A stretch of DNA of 64,000 nucleotides from a virus. The notes beneath the pieces are model-generated. The model worked only from the letters and a program-made list of their open reading frames with translations, had not been told where the DNA came from and made no database searches. Position numbers and translations under genes: made by a program. Shown here piece by piece: positions 35,248 through 44,477 of the stretch. Where the stretch lies: positions 32,001 to 96,000 of the IMG/VR virus record IMGVR_UViG_3300021364_003460; one strand, written 5' to 3'. How positions within the stretch are numbered: the stretch's first letter is position 1; every line of letters begins with the position of its first letter.

Positions 35248-35928
35248 ATGTCAGCTATATCATATATGAAAAAAGTAACAATATGGAAAGCTATAGATAG
35301 CACAAAGTTTAGTAATGCAGCAGATTGTATTACTTATGAAAGTAAAATAAACCCTCAATATAAAGAGTACCTTACAATTACAGATTACTTAAAAGATATT
35401 TATGCTAGAGTAACTGTTCAACTTTATAAACACTATCTTACTAAAATGAATAATAGTTGGTCTTGCCTGTTGAGAAGTAGACAAGATTACGGTTACAAAA
35501 TAGCCCACTGGGTAAAGATTTTAGAGAATAATAGAGCTATTTGGGATTACACTAAAGTTCCAGCCAATATACCTTTAAGTGAGTTTATTTATAATAGAAA
35601 TCTTATTCAATCTAATTGTAGTGAGGTAGTTCAAATATACTTACCAAAGAAGCTGCTAACTTTAGACGTATTAGAAGATGTCTCTGAACAAGTAAAGTAT
35701 AAAGTTAATAATATTGAAGGATTTTATAAAGTTAGAATTGAATATGTAAGTTCTACTGTTTTTAGAGGTGCCTCTTTGTACTTATATACTTTAACTAATA
35801 AGAACAAGTTAACTTATGAAATTAGTAGAAGTTTGTATGATGTCTACTCAATCAAAGCTTACGTAAATGACACACCCACTACTTTAAAAGAACAGTATAA
35901 GAAGCTAATTATAGATTTACAAACATGA
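35248..35928 (+). CDS. hypothetical protein
   Basis: 226-aa ORF. Confidence 0.6.
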   Translation: MSAISYMKKVTIWKAIDSTKFSNAADCITYESKINPQYKEYLTITDYLKDIYARVTVQLYKHYLTKMNNSWSCLLRSRQDYGYKIAHWVKILENNRAIWDYTKVPANIPLSEFIYNRNLIQSNCSEVVQIYLPKKLLTLDVLEDVSEQVKYKVNNIEGFYKVRIEYVSSTVFRGASLYLYTLTNKNKLTYEISRSLYDVYSIKAYVNDTPTTLKEQYKKLIIDLQT

Positions 35929-36110
35929 AAGGAAATATAGAAAAGGGTGAACACTATGTTATAGATAGTAAACCTTATGAAGACACTACTTAGTTAGAGA
36001 GAATAGAGTTTAAAGATGGAGAGATAGTTTATACAAAAGACTATGTATTAGTAGATAGTGAAGAGGTTAACTTTCTTATTTTAGATGGAACTATATTAGT
36101 GAATTATTAA
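35925..36110 (+). pseudogene. small ORF with in-frame TAG
   Basis: ATGA overlap at the start; TAG 35991-93; the frame continues 38 codons to TAA 36108-10, just before polA. Confidence 0.55.
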
Positions 36111-36118
36111 AATTGAAT

Positions 36119-37582
36119 ATGCTTCAACTTACAGTTGGAAAGGAAGTAGATTACTTTTACATAACTAATGCTTCTGATTTAATAGAGGCAGTTAACAATA
36201 TTGAAAAAGCATTAGAATCTACAGATAAAATACTTGCAGTAGATACAGAAACCTATCCTTTATATAACATTTATGGAGATAGAGCTGATTTTAGAGACCC
36301 ACACACAACAGCTACTAGATTAATACAGGTCAATGTATCTTATAATAATACTCCTTATATCTTTGACTTCTTAAAAATAGGTAGAGAAGGTTTTCAACCT
36401 TTAGTTGATTTATTAATGAGGAAAGATATAAGAAAAGTAGGTCACAATTTTAAGTATGATATTAAGCAACTTAAAGCAAGTTTAAATGTGTGGCTACCTA
36501 ACTCCTGGTGTACTTTGGTGATGGCAGCTAGAGTTAATGTATGTACTGGATTCAGAGCAGGTCAAATGAGAGGTAACTCTTTAAAAGCATTAGCTAGAGA
36601 TTACTTTGGTATTGATTTATCTAAAACAGAACAAAAATCAGACTGGTCTAATCCTAATCTTGCTTCTGAACAGTTAGAATATGCTGCTTTAGATGTTAGT
36701 AAAGGAAAAAGCCATACTCAACTAAAGCATTCTGTACTGCTAGATTTATATTATCTATTTCACAATCTACTTTATACTCCTGCACCTAAAGGTTTTGGAG
36801 GTCACTGTAAACTTAAAGACTTTAAAGAACCTATTGAAGTAGACCAAGCAGCTAACTCTATACTTGCTAAGATTGAGTATAATGGAATGCCAGTATCTAA
36901 GAAGATGCTAGACCTAATTTACTCTACAGCTAGTAAAGAAGTAGAAGAATTAAAGTTGTATCTTTGTAAGAGCTTTGGTTTACCTATTCAACAAGCACTT
37001 GATTATACAGATGAAGGGGCTAAAGTAATCACTATTCTTAGTGAGGAAACTCAAAAGACTCTCAATAATCCTAAGAAACTAGTACAATTAGTTAATAAGA
37101 CTTTGAAGAAACAAGGGATTGAGTTAACTAATGTATTGTCAGATTCACTAGAGGAAGCTTTGAAGAAACTAAAAGCTAAAGAGTCTGAAGAAGAGCCTGA
37201 TGAAGAAGAGGAGTTTTATTGGGAAGATGAGGAGGAAAGCGTAGAGTGGAATATAGATTTAATAGACAAATTAATTAAGTATAAAGAGTTAAGTAAATTA
37301 GTTAGTATTGACTATAGAAAGTTGATTAACCCTGTTACTGGTAGAGTTCATAGTAGTTATCAATGTATTGGTGCTAGTACAGGTAGAATGAGTAGTGGAG
37401 GTAAAGGTAGCTTTAATGTGCAACAGATTTCGAGTAAAACAGTAGTTATAGAAATAGAAGAAACTGATCATCCTTATATCAGTTCTTCTCAAATAAACTT
37501 TACGCAGCTTTCTGACTTAGAAGATAATCTTGAGATTGATAAAACTGTTGAGCTTTGTCATACTTCCTCTGCATATAAATAG
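36119..37582 (+). CDS. polA: DNA polymerase A, N-terminal part (3'-5' exonuclease and thumb)
   Basis: AVDTET, GHNFKYD, YAALDV, IEYNGMPV, TGRVHSSY, TGRMSS..FNVQQI; TTG at 36113 is an alternative start. Confidence 0.92.
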   Translation: MLQLTVGKEVDYFYITNASDLIEAVNNIEKALESTDKILAVDTETYPLYNIYGDRADFRDPHTTATRLIQVNVSYNNTPYIFDFLKIGREGFQPLVDLLMRKDIRKVGHNFKYDIKQLKASLNVWLPNSWCTLVMAARVNVCTGFRAGQMRGNSLKALARDYFGIDLSKTEQKSDWSNPNLASEQLEYAALDVSKGKSHTQLKHSVLLDLYYLFHNLLYTPAPKGFGGHCKLKDFKEPIEVDQAANSILAKIEYNGMPVSKKMLDLIYSTASKEVEELKLYLCKSFGLPIQQALDYTDEGAKVITILSEETQKTLNNPKKLVQLVNKTLKKQGIELTNVLSDSLEEALKKLKAKESEEEPDEEEEFYWEDEEESVEWNIDLIDKLIKYKELSKLVSIDYRKLINPVTGRVHSSYQCIGASTGRMSSGGKGSFNVQQISSKTVVIEIEETDHPYISSSQINFTQLSDLEDNLEIDKTVELCHTSSAYK

Positions 37583-38381
37583 TAGCACCTACATACAAAT
37601 AATCTAAAAGTTTATTTAAATTAAACCTACCACCAAATCTTATATCAGAAGTATACTCATTACCATTTTTATAAGCAACAACTGAAGAAGTTATATTATG
37701 TTTTTCTAATAAGTAATCTTTAAGTTGATTACAAAATAAACTAGAACTAGTGATGCTTACTCCTGTTTTGTTAAGATCAGTTAAATTATTTATTGTTTTA
37801 GGAATAATTATACATCCGTCTCCATCTAAATAACCTCTTACAAAGTGTCTCATTAAATCAGCAGGAACTCCAATTGGCATTTCTAAGATTTTAGATTTTG
37901 CAGGAATACACCCTTTTGCAATAAGAGATTCTACAAAAGGCTTGTTGTATATACTTAATGTAGTAAAAGGGTTGCCGTTCTTTTCTCCATAACCTGCTGT
38001 TTTATAATAGGTTCTTATATCGCAATTAGATTCTAAACAATCTCTTAAATTATACAACAAGTATTCATCAGATTGAGTTAAGGTTATAGCAAACTTATGA
38101 GTATACTTATGTATGCTAGTATTTCCATCTGCAAAAATTAAACCTAAAAAGTAAGCTTTCTCTTCAGAATCTATTACTTCAAAATAAGTGTAGTTTAAAG
38201 TATGCCAACTACTAGCATCCTGATAACCCTTAATCTTAATACCTCTTCTTTTTAATACACCTAATATAGCTTGAGGAGAAACATTATATTCCCTTGACAA
38301 TTCTACAGACCTTTTTCCAGCTAAATAACTATTTACAATATCAATCTTTTGTTGATCATTCAATCTATTAGGTATTCCCAT
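37500..38381 (-). CDS. free-standing LAGLIDADG homing endonuclease with N-terminal HTH, antisense within polA
   Basis: Minus strand (CAT at 38379-38381; track strand is wrong); KAYFLGLIFADG and FVRGYLDGDG. Confidence 0.92.
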   Translation of the reverse strand: MGIPNRLNDQQKIDIVNSYLAGKRSVELSREYNVSPQAILGVLKRRGIKIKGYQDASSWHTLNYTYFEVIDSEEKAYFLGLIFADGNTSIHKYTHKFAITLTQSDEYLLYNLRDCLESNCDIRTYYKTAGYGEKNGNPFTTLSIYNKPFVESLIAKGCIPAKSKILEMPIGVPADLMRHFVRGYLDGDGCIIIPKTINNLTDLNKTGVSITSSSLFCNQLKDYLLEKHNITSSVVAYKNGNEYTSDIRFGGRFNLNKLLDYLYVGATIYMQRKYDKAQQFYQSQDYLLSQKAA

Positions 38382-38447
38382 AGTACATTTAAATTAAACA
38401 TTAAAGTGTACTTTACATAGAACAAAGTAATATTAAATAGGCAATTA

Positions 38448-39461
38448 ATGAAAAAGAAAACAAGAGTAAGTTTAAGACATGCTTTTGTAGCCCCTAAAGG
38501 TATGCTTATTGCTAGTAGCGATTTCTCTGCTCAGGAATTTCGCAATGCAGGGGCATTATCTAAAGATGTAAACATAGCTAAAATTTACAAACTAGAAAAA
38601 GAATATATAGATAAAATAAGACCTAAACCCATTAACCCTTTAACTAATAAATCTTATGATGACCCTGCCTGTGACCCTCATATTCAAGCAGCAGTACCTT
38701 TAGACAATGAAGTTAAAAGAATAGTATTAGAAGAACCTTGGAGAGCTATAAAAGAAGACCTACATGTAGGACCTTGGAGGCAGAAAGGTAAGGTAATGAA
38801 TTACAGACTTATTTACTTATGTTCTGCTATGTCTTTAGCTCCAGAATTAGGAGTAAGTAAAGAAGAAGCTCAAGCTTTTATAGATAAATATTTCTCATAT
38901 CCTGATGGATTCTATGGTTTAGGTGAATATTTAAAATCAACAGCTCTTATAGGTAGTGAAGTTAGATGGGTTAGAACTGCTACAGGAGAACTTATTTTTG
39001 TGAATGAATCAAACAGCAAGGGTTTATCTGACTCAGGTGCAGCAAGTCGTAAAAGTGTAAATAGTCCAAATCAAGGTTTAGGTTCTACTCAAAAAAAGAT
39101 AGCTTTAGCTTTAGCTGATAAAAAGTTTACTAAATTAAATGATAAATATAGAAATGTAATTAGAGGAAGAGAGGGTGTACTAGGAGGAGAGATCCATGAT
39201 GAGTCGTTAGCTTTTATACCAGGAGAATGTTACTTCCACTTAGTACCTGATGAAAAGTTAAATGAAAAATATAATACTGATATCTATGTTAAACCTCAGG
39301 TAGAGTTTGATGAAAATATAGGGGAACATGCTTTAGCTTTAGAATATGGAGCAGCCTTAAAAAGTTCTATGGAAGAAGCAATGCAAGAAACCTTTGATAT
39401 TATAGGAACTGATATTCCTCCAGGAAGTTCAGTAGAAGTAGCTCCTTGGTGGATTCACTAG
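38448..39461 (+). CDS. polA: DNA polymerase A, C-terminal part (palm and fingers)
   Basis: LRHAFVAP, motif A SDFSAQE.R, motif B RQKGKVMNYRLIY, NSPNQG, motif C IHDE. Confidence 0.92.
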   Translation: MKKKTRVSLRHAFVAPKGMLIASSDFSAQEFRNAGALSKDVNIAKIYKLEKEYIDKIRPKPINPLTNKSYDDPACDPHIQAAVPLDNEVKRIVLEEPWRAIKEDLHVGPWRQKGKVMNYRLIYLCSAMSLAPELGVSKEEAQAFIDKYFSYPDGFYGLGEYLKSTALIGSEVRWVRTATGELIFVNESNSKGLSDSGAASRKSVNSPNQGLGSTQKKIALALADKKFTKLNDKYRNVIRGREGVLGGEIHDESLAFIPGECYFHLVPDEKLNEKYNTDIYVKPQVEFDENIGEHALALEYGAALKSSMEEAMQETFDIIGTDIPPGSSVEVAPWWIH

Positions 39462-39504
39462 ATTAATACTTATTTTACACAACCAACACAAAAAGACAAC
39501 TTAA

Positions 39505-39708
39505 ATGAAGTTTACTTACAATCAATCATTTTTTAGTAAATACACTTTAATTATTAATGATGATGACACTGTATTTTTATCTAATAATAATTATAGTGCC
39601 AAAGACGGGTTGTGTAATGTACCTTTTATACTTCCTTTTTTAAAAGATAGAGGTTTAACTGTAGAAAACTTTACAGGATTAAAAGAATATTTAGAAGAAG
39701 ACAACTAA
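39505..39708 (+). CDS. hypothetical protein
   Basis: 67-aa ORF. Confidence 0.5.
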   Translation: MKFTYNQSFFSKYTLIINDDDTVFLSNNNYSAKDGLCNVPFILPFLKDRGLTVENFTGLKEYLEEDN

Positions 39709-39769
39709 ATGAAGTTTTCTAACTAAGACTTTACCTTTCTTAAGTAAACTAACTTACTCCCATAACTAA

Positions 39770-39814
39770 TACAGTTAACTAACTTATTCTTTATTTAGAG
39801 TTTAGTTAACTGTA
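39770..39814. repeat. 13-bp perfect inverted repeat
   Basis: TACAGTTAACTAA (39770-82) / TTAGTTAACTGTA (39802-14); the last base is the A of ATG 39814. Confidence 0.7.
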
Positions 39815-39984
39815 TGAAAAAAGAAAGTATACTAACATTTATACAATTCTTATTTAGTTTTATAACTATAGTATTCTGTATGTACCAGATTAAACATACT
39901 TCAGGGGATGTATCTGTTTATATATCTTTGATATCAAGCATACTTGGTTATTGGCTACCTTCACCTATAGAAAATAAAAGATAA
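39814..39984 (+). CDS. small two-TM membrane protein (56 aa)
   Basis: Own translation with two hydrophobic segments ending GYWLPSP; TAATG overlap with the next gene. Confidence 0.6.
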   Translation: MKKESILTFIQFLFSFITIVFCMYQIKHTSGDVSVYISLISSILGYWLPSPIENKR

Positions 39985-40427
39985 TGGGAACTTACTATTT
40001 CTTATATAGAAAAGATAATAATACTGCTTTTGACTTAGGTAAAAGTAATTTTGCTACTAACTTTGGATATTCTGTATCTACTAAAGATAATATCCTAAGT
40101 ATTATAGACAAGGAGGATCTTCTAAATTGGGTAGTCTTAGCTTACTCTTACAATGAATTTGTTAATCCTGCTGATTGTTTATTAATAAGAGATAGGTTGT
40201 TAGACTTTTTAAAAGGAGCTTACAAGAGAGATGTATGTTTTATAAGAGATGAAAGTTTAGGAGACCTTTTAGAAAGAAATATTTATGAGATAGTTACTCA
40301 CGATATCTATATTAATAGAGAAGAAATAAGTAAATATGTTTTTATTAGTAATATTGAAGAGTATAGTAAAAATCCTCTTAGTTGGTTTAAGAAAAATAAT
40401 ATAAGTAAATTAGGCAGTAATGACTAA
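39984..40427 (+). CDS. hypothetical protein
   Basis: 147-aa ORF. Confidence 0.55.
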   Translation: MGTYYFLYRKDNNTAFDLGKSNFATNFGYSVSTKDNILSIIDKEDLLNWVVLAYSYNEFVNPADCLLIRDRLLDFLKGAYKRDVCFIRDESLGDLLERNIYEIVTHDIYINREEISKYVFISNIEEYSKNPLSWFKKNNISKLGSND

Positions 40428-40590
40428 AAAAATATTCTTAATTAATGATGACAATCCTAAAGGTAAAAGAGTTTATCAGGAGTTCAAATCTAATGAAGAA
40501 GATATAGCAGATGAAATATTAGAGACTGCTGAAAAAGAAGACTTACCCTTTAGAAAGTTTACTTTATTTACTAATGATAAAAAGAAATAA
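40420..40590 (+). CDS. small hypothetical protein (56 aa)
   Basis: Own translation; overlaps both neighbours. Confidence 0.5.
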   Translation: MTKKIFLINDDNPKGKRVYQEFKSNEEDIADEILETAEKEDLPFRKFTLFTNDKKK

Positions 40591-41194
40591 GCCATATTGT
40601 TTTATTATCTGGGGTTACTCTGATTCAGGTAAAGATACAGTTTATTCTTTATTACAAAAACATATACCTGAATTACAAAATATAAAATGGGTTGCTCCAG
40701 CTAAGAGAATGCTAGAAGATTGGTTGCAAATACCAGTAGGCTCTCTAGATGACAAAAGTTTTAGGAAATATACTAAAGTTAAAAATACTGTTACTGAAGA
40801 GTTAGAAAGTAGAACTTATGGTGATTTAATTGTAAGTTCATTTCATGCTTGGGAACATTTAACCCCAGGAGGCTGGCTAACAGTTGGTCATGTAGTTGAT
40901 CAATTGTTAACTAACTACATAGGTAAAGATAGTAGATTTGATATAGCATTTACTGACACTAGAAAACCTATTGAATTAGAAGCTATCAAAACTAAGTTGG
41001 CATGTCACTATAATTTAGTGTTCATTAATATAGTAGGTAGAGGAGAACAAAAGTCATCTGATAAGTTTCTTAGTGTAGAAGACTTTATGTTTATAGATAA
41101 TATGTACTGGATATTTAATACACCTGATGTAACTTTAGATGAGTTAGAGTCTAAAGTGAAAAGGATATTGAATAACCTACTAAATGAAGAATAA
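40574..41194 (+). CDS. deoxynucleoside monophosphate kinase
   Basis: GYSDSGKDT P-loop, A.AKRM, FTDTR...E, N..TLDEL. Confidence 0.75.
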   Translation: MIKRNKPYCFIIWGYSDSGKDTVYSLLQKHIPELQNIKWVAPAKRMLEDWLQIPVGSLDDKSFRKYTKVKNTVTEELESRTYGDLIVSSFHAWEHLTPGGWLTVGHVVDQLLTNYIGKDSRFDIAFTDTRKPIELEAIKTKLACHYNLVFINIVGRGEQKSSDKFLSVEDFMFIDNMYWIFNTPDVTLDELESKVKRILNNLLNEE

Positions 41195-41349
41195 AGAAGA
41201 AATTTTATATGAAAGAAACTTAGAAGCTATAAGTTTTTTTTCTTACCATATTAATTATCTGTCAAATCGTAGTTAGTCCTTTTGTGGCAGCTTACTTTTT
41301 TGTCAGAATAGAAAGTATAGAAAACCAATGTGATATTAAAACTAAATAA
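41184..41349 (+). pseudogene. membrane protein gene frameshifted in a T8 run
   Basis: Removing one T at 41234-41241 gives ...ISFFLTILIICQIVVSPFVAAYFFVRIES...KTK*. Confidence 0.5.
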
Positions 41350-41361
41350 CAACTAAATATT

Positions 41362-42096
41362 ATGACTATAGAATTGGAAATCAAAAGCTTAGTTGAGAAT
41401 CCCACAAAACTGCAAACTAAAATTGAAAGTAAGTATGATATGAGTCTCTGCACTAAAACTTATAGTGAGCAGTTAAACCATTACTTTAGTGGAGATAAGG
41501 AAGCTTTAATTGAATTATCTACTTATGGCAGACATGCACCTTATCTTATTTTTGATAGCTACTTAGATGAACTTTTATCAGCTAGTAAGTTAGCAGTTAG
41601 AACTAGATGGGACTCTATTCAAGGTACACTACTTATATTTAAATACAGTCTAATTGATGAGAACTCAATTAATGGTACTACTAGAAAAGAACTAGAGTTT
41701 CCTTTACCTATTACTTTAGAAGAGTTAGACAAAAACTTATTACTTGCTGGTTTTACTTACCAATCTAAGTGGAGTAGAAAGAGAACTCAGTACAGTTTTG
41801 ACTCTGGTTGGACTTTATGTTGTGACCAGAATGCAGGTTTTGGAAGCATTCTTGAAGTAGAGTATATAGCTACTGAAGAAGAATATGCTGAGAAGAAAGA
41901 TTACTTGATGTACAAAGCGAAAAGGTTTTTAAAAACATTAGGTTTAATTGAGTTAGATAGTAAGTTATTAGAAAAAATGTTTAATTGGTATTCATCTAAT
42001 TATAATGAGTTCTATGGTACAGATAAGTTAATCTGGAATGACCCAGCTTTTCCCTACAGAAGAGATGGTACTCATAAATATACAGTAATTAGATAA
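41362..42096 (+). CDS. CYTH (triphosphate tunnel) domain protein
   Basis: ELEIK (ExExK), VRTR, RKELE, RKRTQY, LEVE. Confidence 0.85.
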   Translation: MTIELEIKSLVENPTKLQTKIESKYDMSLCTKTYSEQLNHYFSGDKEALIELSTYGRHAPYLIFDSYLDELLSASKLAVRTRWDSIQGTLLIFKYSLIDENSINGTTRKELEFPLPITLEELDKNLLLAGFTYQSKWSRKRTQYSFDSGWTLCCDQNAGFGSILEVEYIATEEEYAEKKDYLMYKAKRFLKTLGLIELDSKLLEKMFNWYSSNYNEFYGTDKLIWNDPAFPYRRDGTHKYTVIR

Positions 42097-42102
42097 TTAT
42101 AA

Positions 42103-42122
42103 AGGCTCCAACTTAGGAGTCT
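42103..42122 (+). terminator. hairpin between CYTH and HD genes
   Basis: AGGCTCC/GGAGTCT stem. Confidence 0.4.
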
Positions 42123-42129
42123 ATTTAAT

Positions 42130-42708
42130 ATGAATGAAACAATACAATTAGTTAACTTTCTAATTGAAGCGGGTAAGTTAGGTAATGTAGAAAGAAAGCT
42201 TCATGCTATAGATTCTACTAGAAGAGAGAATGTAGCAGAACATACTTATCACATGATTCTAACAGCAGTTTTATTGTTAGAAGATAAGTTATCTGCTGAA
42301 GAGTTACTTAAAGTCATTAAAATTATATTAGTACATGACTTAGGTGAGATAGGTGCAGATGACTTGGCTTTTAATAAAAAGACTGCTAATCAAGTAGAAT
42401 TAGAAAAACAAGCTTACAACAATATGGTAAGTTTACTTCCAGTAGATAAACAAAAAGAATACTTTGATTTATGGTTAGAGTTTGAGAATCTATGGAGTAA
42501 GGAAGCTTACTATGCTAAAGCTATAGATAAGTTACAGTCTCAAATAGTTGTTTACTCACATTTAATAAATAAACCTAATTATAAGTATATTAATCAGTCT
42601 ACTGTTAGTGAAACAGAAAGGTTGATATGGGATTATATTAGGTTTATTTTTGAAAGTCAGTTTGAGTTTATTATAGATAAAATAAAACCAAGTTTAGTAC
42701 AGGAATAA
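42130..42708 (+). CDS. HD-domain phosphohydrolase (YfbR-like 5'-deoxynucleotidase)
   Basis: RENVAEH, LVHDLGEI, E..YAKAIDKL. Confidence 0.85.
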   Translation: MNETIQLVNFLIEAGKLGNVERKLHAIDSTRRENVAEHTYHMILTAVLLLEDKLSAEELLKVIKIILVHDLGEIGADDLAFNKKTANQVELEKQAYNNMVSLLPVDKQKEYFDLWLEFENLWSKEAYYAKAIDKLQSQIVVYSHLINKPNYKYINQSTVSETERLIWDYIRFIFESQFEFIIDKIKPSLVQE

Positions 42709-42715
42709 AAATAAT

Positions 42716-43738
42716 ATGTCAGAGCAAGCTTACTTAAATTTACTTCAAGATATTTTAGATAATGGAGTAAAGAAATCTATTTATGCTGAGAATGGTAAAA
42801 CTTTACCAACAGTTGATAAAAATAAATACTATGAAGTAGACAAAAATAGTAAATACCTTTCTTCTGTAGTTGGTAAAATTCTTAGATTTGATTTAACTGA
42901 TAATAAGATTCCTCTTTATACTACTAAAGCAGTTTATTATCCTGGAGCTTTTAAAGAATTTTTATGGTTTCTTAATGACAGAGGTGATGTAAGTAAACTG
43001 CATCAAGCCGGTTTTCCTGGTTGGAATGGTTGGGCTTACAAACATTATCTAAAAAATAAAACTGAAGATGAAATTACTTTAGAATATGCTGATTTTGTAA
43101 ATCATTATCTTAGTATTCCGGGTAAACCTTATTTTGTAGAAGTACCTTATACAGATATGACTGGATGGGAGTATCCAGATTGGGCTGAATCTTTTAGACA
43201 AGGAGTACCTTGTTATAAAAAGGTTGACCAAACAAGATGGTTAATAAAATCAGTTAAAAAAGCTCCAGATAGAAAAAGCTATTTAGTTCAAGCATGGAAT
43301 CCTCTACGTTTATATGAAATGTCTAAGCAGTGTGGTAATGCTTCTGTAGAGTTAGCTGCTTGTCATTATTCTCATCAAGTTATTGTTCAAGGTGGATATT
43401 TAACTTTGATTGTTAATATCAGATCAAATGATATGCCAATTGGAAATCCGTTCAATGTTGCACAATATGGTTTACTAGCTCACATGTATGCAAAATGTAT
43501 TGGATATCCTGCTGGAGAGTTAGTAGTAATGATAGGAGATGGACATTGCTATTCAGATCAAAAAGAAGGAGTGTTAGAACAAATAGATAAACCTATAAAT
43601 AATTTAGCTCCTACATTAACTATTAAAGATAGAGGACAACAATACCTAACTGATTTTAAATATTCTGATTTTAAAGTACATAACTATTTTCCAGAAGAAA
43701 GTATTAGAATGCCTTTGACTATTGTAGGAGGGTTTTAA
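42716..43738 (+). CDS. thyA: thymidylate synthase, divergent
   Basis: YLNLL.DIL.NG, RFDL, EFLWF, AWNP, LAACH, RSND..G.PFNVAQY, GDGHCY. Confidence 0.92.
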   Translation: MSEQAYLNLLQDILDNGVKKSIYAENGKTLPTVDKNKYYEVDKNSKYLSSVVGKILRFDLTDNKIPLYTTKAVYYPGAFKEFLWFLNDRGDVSKLHQAGFPGWNGWAYKHYLKNKTEDEITLEYADFVNHYLSIPGKPYFVEVPYTDMTGWEYPDWAESFRQGVPCYKKVDQTRWLIKSVKKAPDRKSYLVQAWNPLRLYEMSKQCGNASVELAACHYSHQVIVQGGYLTLIVNIRSNDMPIGNPFNVAQYGLLAHMYAKCIGYPAGELVVMIGDGHCYSDQKEGVLEQIDKPINNLAPTLTIKDRGQQYLTDFKYSDFKVHNYFPEESIRMPLTIVGGF

Positions 43739-43881
43739 TTACTACTCCAGATAATAAAGAAATCATAGTTGTTAATTTAAATCAGTTTTGTAAAGAAAAT
43801 AATTTAACTAGCACTAATATGTATAAAGTAGCAAAAGGAAAAACTCCTCATCATAAAAAATACAAATGTAAAATTTTATAA
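43732..43881 (+). pseudogene. relic C-terminal DNA-binding domain of a homing endonuclease
   Basis: Startless frame LITTPDNKEIIVVNLNQFCKENNLTSTNMYKVAKGKTPHHKKYKC overlapping the thyA stop. Confidence 0.7.
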
Positions 43882-43890
43882 TTATAAAAA

Positions 43891-44163
43891 ATGTGGAACC
43901 CTTTTAAGAAACCTAAACCATCCTCCTTGCCTGAAGTAGGAGACCTATTAGGAGATGAAATAATAATAGAAGCTCAACCAACTATGGATTTAGAAAAAGG
44001 TTGGTGGACTAAAGTTACTACTGAAACTATTGAAGGTAAACAGCATGTTTATGAAAGCTGGGTAGATAACCATAAGAATAAAAGAATCTACAGAAAGAGT
44101 AAACATTATAACCCTACTTATAATGCAGAAACAGATAGTAAATTTAAAGTATTTAAGAAGTAA
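43891..44163 (+). CDS. hypothetical protein
   Basis: 90-aa ORF. Confidence 0.55.
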   Translation: MWNPFKKPKPSSLPEVGDLLGDEIIIEAQPTMDLEKGWWTKVTTETIEGKQHVYESWVDNHKNKRIYRKSKHYNPTYNAETDSKFKVFKK

Positions 44164-44176
44164 GTAAACTATATTC

Positions 44177-44197
44177 AGGTCTCTAATACAGAGACCT
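44177..44197 (+). terminator. putative terminator
   Basis: AGGTCTCT/AGAGACCT stem then CTTT. Confidence 0.55.
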
Positions 44198-44204
44198 CTT
44201 TACT

Positions 44205-44477
44205 ATGGAAACAAAACAGAAACATTTAAGACTGTTAGCTAAACATTACTTAACTAATATAGTTGCTGATCCTAACTCTGAAGCTTATTATGTACTAAAT
44301 CCTAATAAAGTTTTTGGTATATATAACAACAGTGTAGAGGAAGACATATTAGAGTTATTAGGTTTTGAAAGAGATGAAGAGTTCCAAGATACTTATCCTT
44401 TTTGGGAAACTGACTATGCTGCTGATTTATATAAAGAGTTAGGTAGCTACTTAAGACAAATAGGAGAAAACTTATGA
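44205..44477 (+). CDS. hypothetical protein
   Basis: 90-aa ORF. Confidence 0.55.
   Translation: METKQKHLRLLAKHYLTNIVADPNSEAYYVLNPNKVFGIYNNSVEEDILELLGFERDEEFQDTYPFWETDYAADLYKELGSYLRQIGENL

Noticed and set aside
1602-35993. Stop-codon reassignment or readthrough as the cause of in-frame stops
   Set aside because: All three stop types are involved, all three also end intact genes, and frameshifts co-occur; decay or error fits better
37500-38381. ORF track strand '+'
   Set aside because: MGIPNRL reads from the reverse complement (CAT at 38379-81); annotated as minus
37430-38447. Group I intron or intein in polA
   Set aside because: No P3/P4/P7 elements on the sense strand, too little non-ORF sequence, and no Cys/Ser start or His-Asn end
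40574-43738. 2-aminoadenine (Z-genome) pathway
   Set aside because: An HD hydrolase is present, but no PurZ-like adenylosuccinate synthetase or MazZ is visible in the window
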